A stretch of DNA of 44,559 bases from Gammaproteobacteria bacterium (lineage in GTDB: Bacteria > Pseudomonadota > Gammaproteobacteria > Thiomicrospirales > Thiomicrospiraceae), in the NCBI GenBank assembly GCA_013153955.1, contig JAADDM010000285.1:1-44559 (forward strand), written 5' to 3'. Below, piece after piece: positions 39,325-44,559 of the stretch. A program made the translations under genes and the position numbers. How positions within the stretch are numbered: the first letter of the stretch is position 1; every line of letters begins with the position of its first letter. A model generated the notes under the pieces. That model worked only from the letters and a program-made list of their open reading frames with translations. It was not told where the DNA came from and searched no databases.

Positions 39325-40248
39325 ATGTCATCCCCCTCAGCGGTACAGTTTCAACACGTTAAAAAACAATATGGTGAACTTGAGGCATTGAAAGGGATCT
39401 CTTTTGAGGTAGAAGAAGGGTCATTTTTTGGTCTTTTAGGGCCGAATGGGGCGGGTAAGTCAACGTTGATTAGTACCATGGCAGGATTGGTCACACCGAG
39501 CTCTGGTCAGGTGAAAGTACACGGTTTTGATGTCATTGATGATTATCGAGAGACACGTCGAATCTTAGGGTTAGTTCCCCAAGAGCTTATCTCAGACCCC
39601 TTTTTCTCCATTAGAGAACTGCTGGTTTTGCAGTCAGGCTACTTTGGGCTGAGAGGGGCGGTTCAATCGGCTTGGATAGATGAGTTATTAGAGCGATTGG
39701 CATTGGCAGATAAAGCCAATGAGAATACCAATGCGCTATCAGGGGGGATGAAGCGACGAGTATTGATTGCGATGGCATTAGTACATAAACCAAAAGTATT
39801 GGTGCTCGATGAACCCACTGCAGGGGTGGACGTTGATCTACGACGTACATTATGGGAGTTTACCAAAGAGTTACACCAACAAGGGCACACGATTATTCTA
39901 ACAACGCATTACCTTGAAGAGGCCGAAGGCTTGTGTGAAAAGGTCGCTATTATGCAAAAAGGCGAGGTGAAGGCGTTAGATACAACCGCAACTCTGCTTT
40001 CACGTCATAATTACCGCTATTTACGTGTTTCATTGTCAGAGCCTGCACAGAGCTTAATTAAGCCTTTGCAATCACGACTGGTGGAGAAAGAGCCAAATGG
40101 CCTAGTGTTTAAGCTAGAGAAAACAGCTTCGATGAGTGAGCTGCTGTCGTGGCTTCATGAAAGTCGGCTTAAAGTCACAGATGTGAGTAGTCGAGATGTC
40201 TCTTTGGAAGAAGTGTTTCTCGATTTAACGGGTGAGGGGAAGTCATAA
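39325..40248 (+). CDS. ABC-2 transporter ATP-binding protein (YadG-like)
   Basis: GPNGAGKST, LSGGMKRR, LDEPTAGVD, TTHYLEEAE; start 39325 or 39301. Confidence 0.88.
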   Translation: MSSPSAVQFQHVKKQYGELEALKGISFEVEEGSFFGLLGPNGAGKSTLISTMAGLVTPSSGQVKVHGFDVIDDYRETRRILGLVPQELISDPFFSIRELLVLQSGYFGLRGAVQSAWIDELLERLALADKANENTNALSGGMKRRVLIAMALVHKPKVLVLDEPTAGVDVDLRRTLWEFTKELHQQGHTIILTTHYLEEAEGLCEKVAIMQKGEVKALDTTATLLSRHNYRYLRVSLSEPAQSLIKPLQSRLVEKEPNGLVFKLEKTASMSELLSWLHESRLKVTDVSSRDVSLEEVFLDLTGEGKS

Positions 40249-41015
40249 TGAACAGCCGTTGGTTAGGGTGCTGGGCACTTTTTATTAAAGAAATTCGTCG
40301 ATTCTATTCGGTGGTTGTACAGACGGTGTTTGCCCCCGTGGTGGCAACCTTATTGTATCTATTGGTGTTTGGACAGGTCTTAGAGACCCAGATAGAGACC
40401 TATAGTGGATTAACGTATAGTCAGTTTTTAATTCCGGGTTTGGTGATGATGGCGATACTGCAAAATGCCTTTTCAAACACCTCATCTAGCCTGATTCAAT
40501 CAAAAATGCACGGGAACTTAACCTTTGTATTATTGAGCCCTATCTCCTCTTTTGAACTGTATATCGCATTTGTTGCGGCCGCGATTGTAAGAGGACTAGC
40601 GGTTGGTGTGGGTATTTTGGTTGTGGGAGTGCTAGGCTTCGATTTAACGTGGAATGCCCCCGGCTGGGTCTTGGTGTTTGCTGTATTAAGTGCAGCCATG
40701 ATGGGCGGACTCGGGATGATTGCAGGGATTCTCTCGGATAAATATGACCAATTAGCCGCCTTTCAAAACTTTATTATTATGCCGCTGACCTTTTTAAGTG
40801 GTGTGTTTTACTCCATTCACGCTCTGCCTGGTATGTGGCAGCAGGTCTCACAGTTCAATCCCTTTTTCTACATGGTGGATGGCTTTAGATATGGCTTCTT
40901 TGGGCAATCCGATGTATCTGTCTATTTGAGTCTTGCGGTGACGGTTTTCTTCTTGGTTATCATCTCTGCGATAAATCTGATTTTATTGCGTAAAGGCGTT
41001 AAAATACGCGAATAA
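40248..41015 (+). CDS. ABC-2 transporter permease (YadH-like)
   Basis: KEIRRF, FLIPGLVMM, PLTFLSGVFY, NPFFYMVDGFRYGF. Confidence 0.88.
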   Translation: MNSRWLGCWALFIKEIRRFYSVVVQTVFAPVVATLLYLLVFGQVLETQIETYSGLTYSQFLIPGLVMMAILQNAFSNTSSSLIQSKMHGNLTFVLLSPISSFELYIAFVAAAIVRGLAVGVGILVVGVLGFDLTWNAPGWVLVFAVLSAAMMGGLGMIAGILSDKYDQLAAFQNFIIMPLTFLSGVFYSIHALPGMWQQVSQFNPFFYMVDGFRYGFFGQSDVSVYLSLAVTVFFLVIISAINLILLRKGVKIRE

Positions 41016-41034
41016 TTTTCAAGAGTAATATGAT

Positions 41035-41253
41035 ATGTCGCCTGAAACGATAATAGAGATGATACAAAAGACCATTCCTGATTCGGTTGTTGAGATGAAT
41101 GGCGAAGAGTGTACAACCGCCATTATTGTCACCAGCCCAGCATTTGAAGGGAAATCGCCTATTCAACGCCATCGAATGGTGAATGATATTTTTAAAGCGC
41201 AGTTTGCCAGTGGCGAATTGCATGCACTCTCAATCAAAACTAAAGTGGCATAA
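41035..41253 (+). CDS. BolA/IbaG family protein
   Basis: SPAFEGKS.IQRHRMV...GELHALSIK; directly upstream of murA. Confidence 0.9.
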   Translation: MSPETIIEMIQKTIPDSVVEMNGEECTTAIIVTSPAFEGKSPIQRHRMVNDIFKAQFASGELHALSIKTKVA

Positions 41254-41280
41254 CTTTAGCGTTGATTGGTTAAGAATTAA

Positions 41281-42591
<1,311 letters not shown>

Positions 42592-42656
42592 TTAAAATAT
42601 GTGTCACAATTTTTACCTAAAGTCCCGTCAAGGGGCTGTTATCAAATATTTAAGAT

Positions 42657-43310
42657 ATGAATGAAACTATGAATGATCAACTGACAATCGCGCTCTCTAA
42701 AGGGCGTATTTATAAAGATACTTTACCTCTACTTGAAGCGGCAGGCATTGAGCCTTTAGAAGACCCAAGTAAGAGTCGTAAGCTCATCCTTCCAACCAAT
42801 CAACCAAATGTTCGATTGCTGATTGTACGTGCAACAGATGCACCCACTTATGTGGCACATGGTGCGGCGGATATTGGGGTGGCAGGTAAAGATGTTTTGA
42901 TGGAAGCACCAACAGATAACTTGTATGAGTTACTCGATTTAGAAATTGCTAAGTGTCAGTTAATGGTTGCAGGGCCAGAGCATGAGAAGCCTCATGGTCA
43001 CCGTCTTAAAATTGCGACAAAGTATCTTAAATCTGCACAAGCCTACTATGCCCAAAAGGGCGAGCAAGTTGATTTAATTAAGCTTTATGGCTCTATGGAA
43101 ATTGCCCCTTTAATTAATTTAGCAGACCGTATCGTGGATTTAGTCGATACTGGGAATACGCTTAGAGCCAATGGCTTAGTGCCGATGGAGCACATCGCGG
43201 ATATCAGTTCACGTTTGATTGTTAATCAGCACGCATACAAAACCAAATTTGATCAAATCAATACCATTGTCCAACAGTTTAAAACAGTAATAGAGAGTCA
43301 AAATGCTTAA
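42657..43310 (+). CDS. hisG: ATP phosphoribosyltransferase, short form (HisZ-dependent)
   Basis: [19 protein letters not shown]...[16 protein letters not shown]; 217 aa without the C-terminal regulatory domain; start may be 42669. Confidence 0.95.
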   Translation: MNETMNDQLTIALSKGRIYKDTLPLLEAAGIEPLEDPSKSRKLILPTNQPNVRLLIVRATDAPTYVAHGAADIGVAGKDVLMEAPTDNLYELLDLEIAKCQLMVAGPEHEKPHGHRLKIATKYLKSAQAYYAQKGEQVDLIKLYGSMEIAPLINLADRIVDLVDTGNTLRANGLVPMEHIADISSRLIVNQHAYKTKFDQINTIVQQFKTVIESQNA

Positions 43311-44559
43311 TATTCGTCAATTATCTGCAGGTGCAGAAGGCTTTAATCAAGAGCTAGATACCCTTCTAGCATGGGAAACTGTTTCGAATGAATCAGTGAA
43401 TGATATCGTTAAAGAAGTGGTTAATAACGTCCGTAAAAACGGTGATGCCGCTTTGCTGGAATATACGGCTAAATTTGACCGTATGACGGTTAGCTGTGGG
43501 GCTGACCTAGAGATTCCTAAAGCGGAGTTATTGGCGGCTTTAGAGAGAATTCCTGCGGATCAGAGAGAAGCATTAGAAATCTCTGCCAAGCGCGTACGTG
43601 ACTATCACGAAAAGCAAGTGCAAGCCTCTTGGTCTTACGAAGAAGCGGATGGTACGATGCTAGGTCAGCAAGTGACACCATTAGATACTGTGGGACTGTA
43701 CGTTCCGGGTGGAAAAGCGGCTTACCCTTCATCGGTTATTATGAATGCGATTCCAGCTAAAGTAGCTGGGGTTGAAAAGTTGATTATGGTTGTACCTACA
43801 CCTGATGGTGAGGTGAACGATATGGTGCTTGCCGCCGCGCATATTTGTGAAGTAGATGCTGTGTTTACGTTAGGTGGCGCACAAGCGGTTGCAGCCTTAG
43901 CGTATGGAACAGAAACGGTGCCTGCGGTTGATAAGGTCGTGGGCCCTGGAAATATCTATGTGGCAACTGCTAAGCGTATGGTGTTTGGTACGGTCGGGAT
44001 TGATATGATTGCTGGTCCCTCTGAAATTTTGGTGTACTGTGATGGTAAGACAGATCCAGATTGGATTGCTGTTGACCTGTTCTCTCAAGCAGAGCATGAT
44101 GAAGACGCACAGTCTATTCTGGTAACGCCTGATGCAGCCTTTGCTGAAAAAGTATTAGAGAGTATGAATCGTTTATTACCAACGATGCCTCGTCAAGAGA
44201 TTATTCGTAAAGCCTTGAATGACCGGGGTGCAATTATTGTGGTGGATGATGAGAGCCAGGCGCTTGAGATGATTAATAAAATTGCACCTGAGCACTTAGA
44301 GCTATCAGTTGATGATCCAAAAGCCTTGCTCCCTAAGATTCGCCACGCAGGTGCAATCTTTATGGGTCGTTTTACGGCAGAAGCGATTGGAGATTACTGT
44401 GCTGGCCCTAACCACGTGTTGCCAACCTCAAGAACAGCCCGTTTTTCATCGCCTTTAGGGGTGTATGATTTCCAGAAACGTTCAAGCCTAATTATGTGTT
44501 CTGCCGAAGGGGCAAATACATTAGGTCATATTGCGGGTGTACTCGCTGATGGAGAAGGC
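43303..44559 (+). CDS. hisD: Histidinol dehydrogenase (runs off the window)
   Basis: Manual translation from ATG 43303: MLNIRQL...[13 protein letters not shown]...[12 protein letters not shown]...GPGNIYV...IDMIAGPSE...QAEHD...APEHLEL...GPNHVLPT. Confidence 0.95.
   Translation, partial: MLNIRQLSAGAEGFNQELDTLLAWETVSNESVNDIVKEVVNNVRKNGDAALLEYTAKFDRMTVSCGADLEIPKAELLAALERIPADQREALEISAKRVRDYHEKQVQASWSYEEADGTMLGQQVTPLDTVGLYVPGGKAAYPSSVIMNAIPAKVAGVEKLIMVVPTPDGEVNDMVLAAAHICEVDAVFTLGGAQAVAALAYGTETVPAVDKVVGPGNIYVATAKRMVFGTVGIDMIAGPSEILVYCDGKTDPDWIAVDLFSQAEHDEDAQSILVTPDAAFAEKVLESMNRLLPTMPRQEIIRKALNDRGAIIVVDDESQALEMINKIAPEHLELSVDDPKALLPKIRHAGAIFMGRFTAEAIGDYCAGPNHVLPTSRTARFSSPLGVYDFQKRSSLIMCSAEGANTLGHIAGVLADGEG

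Overview
Gammaproteobacterial chromosomal backbone. Protein style suggests a Thiomicrorhabdus/Hydrogenovibrio-like organism, but that is inference. Gene order: holC-pepA / lptFG, rlmJ, a galU-pgi-ugd-manB sugar-nucleotide operon, tRNA-Asn, tRNA-Val/Leu, queA-tgt-yajC-secDF-prfC, an OmpA lipoprotein, mgtE, yrbG-kdsC-lptCAB-hpf, mlaFEDCB, an ABC-2 pair, bolA, murA, hisG-hisD. An ~8.6 kb element is integrated in tRNA-Asn and bounded by a 51-bp direct repeat (10980-11030 / 19584-19634). It carries a P22-type integrase and excisionase, a MOBV relaxase with a pBBR1-like oriT, a 5'-truncated TraY/DotA (type IVB secretion) gene with an orphan partner, phased repeat arrays, an HTH-Fic protein, a Phd/YefM-RelE/ParE TA pair and further orphans. 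It looks like an integrative mobilizable element (IME). The most notable observations are the mini-TraY/DotA module in the IME and a full-length UDP-glucose dehydrogenase homologue that has lost its catalytic Cys and its NAD-binding glycine motif.
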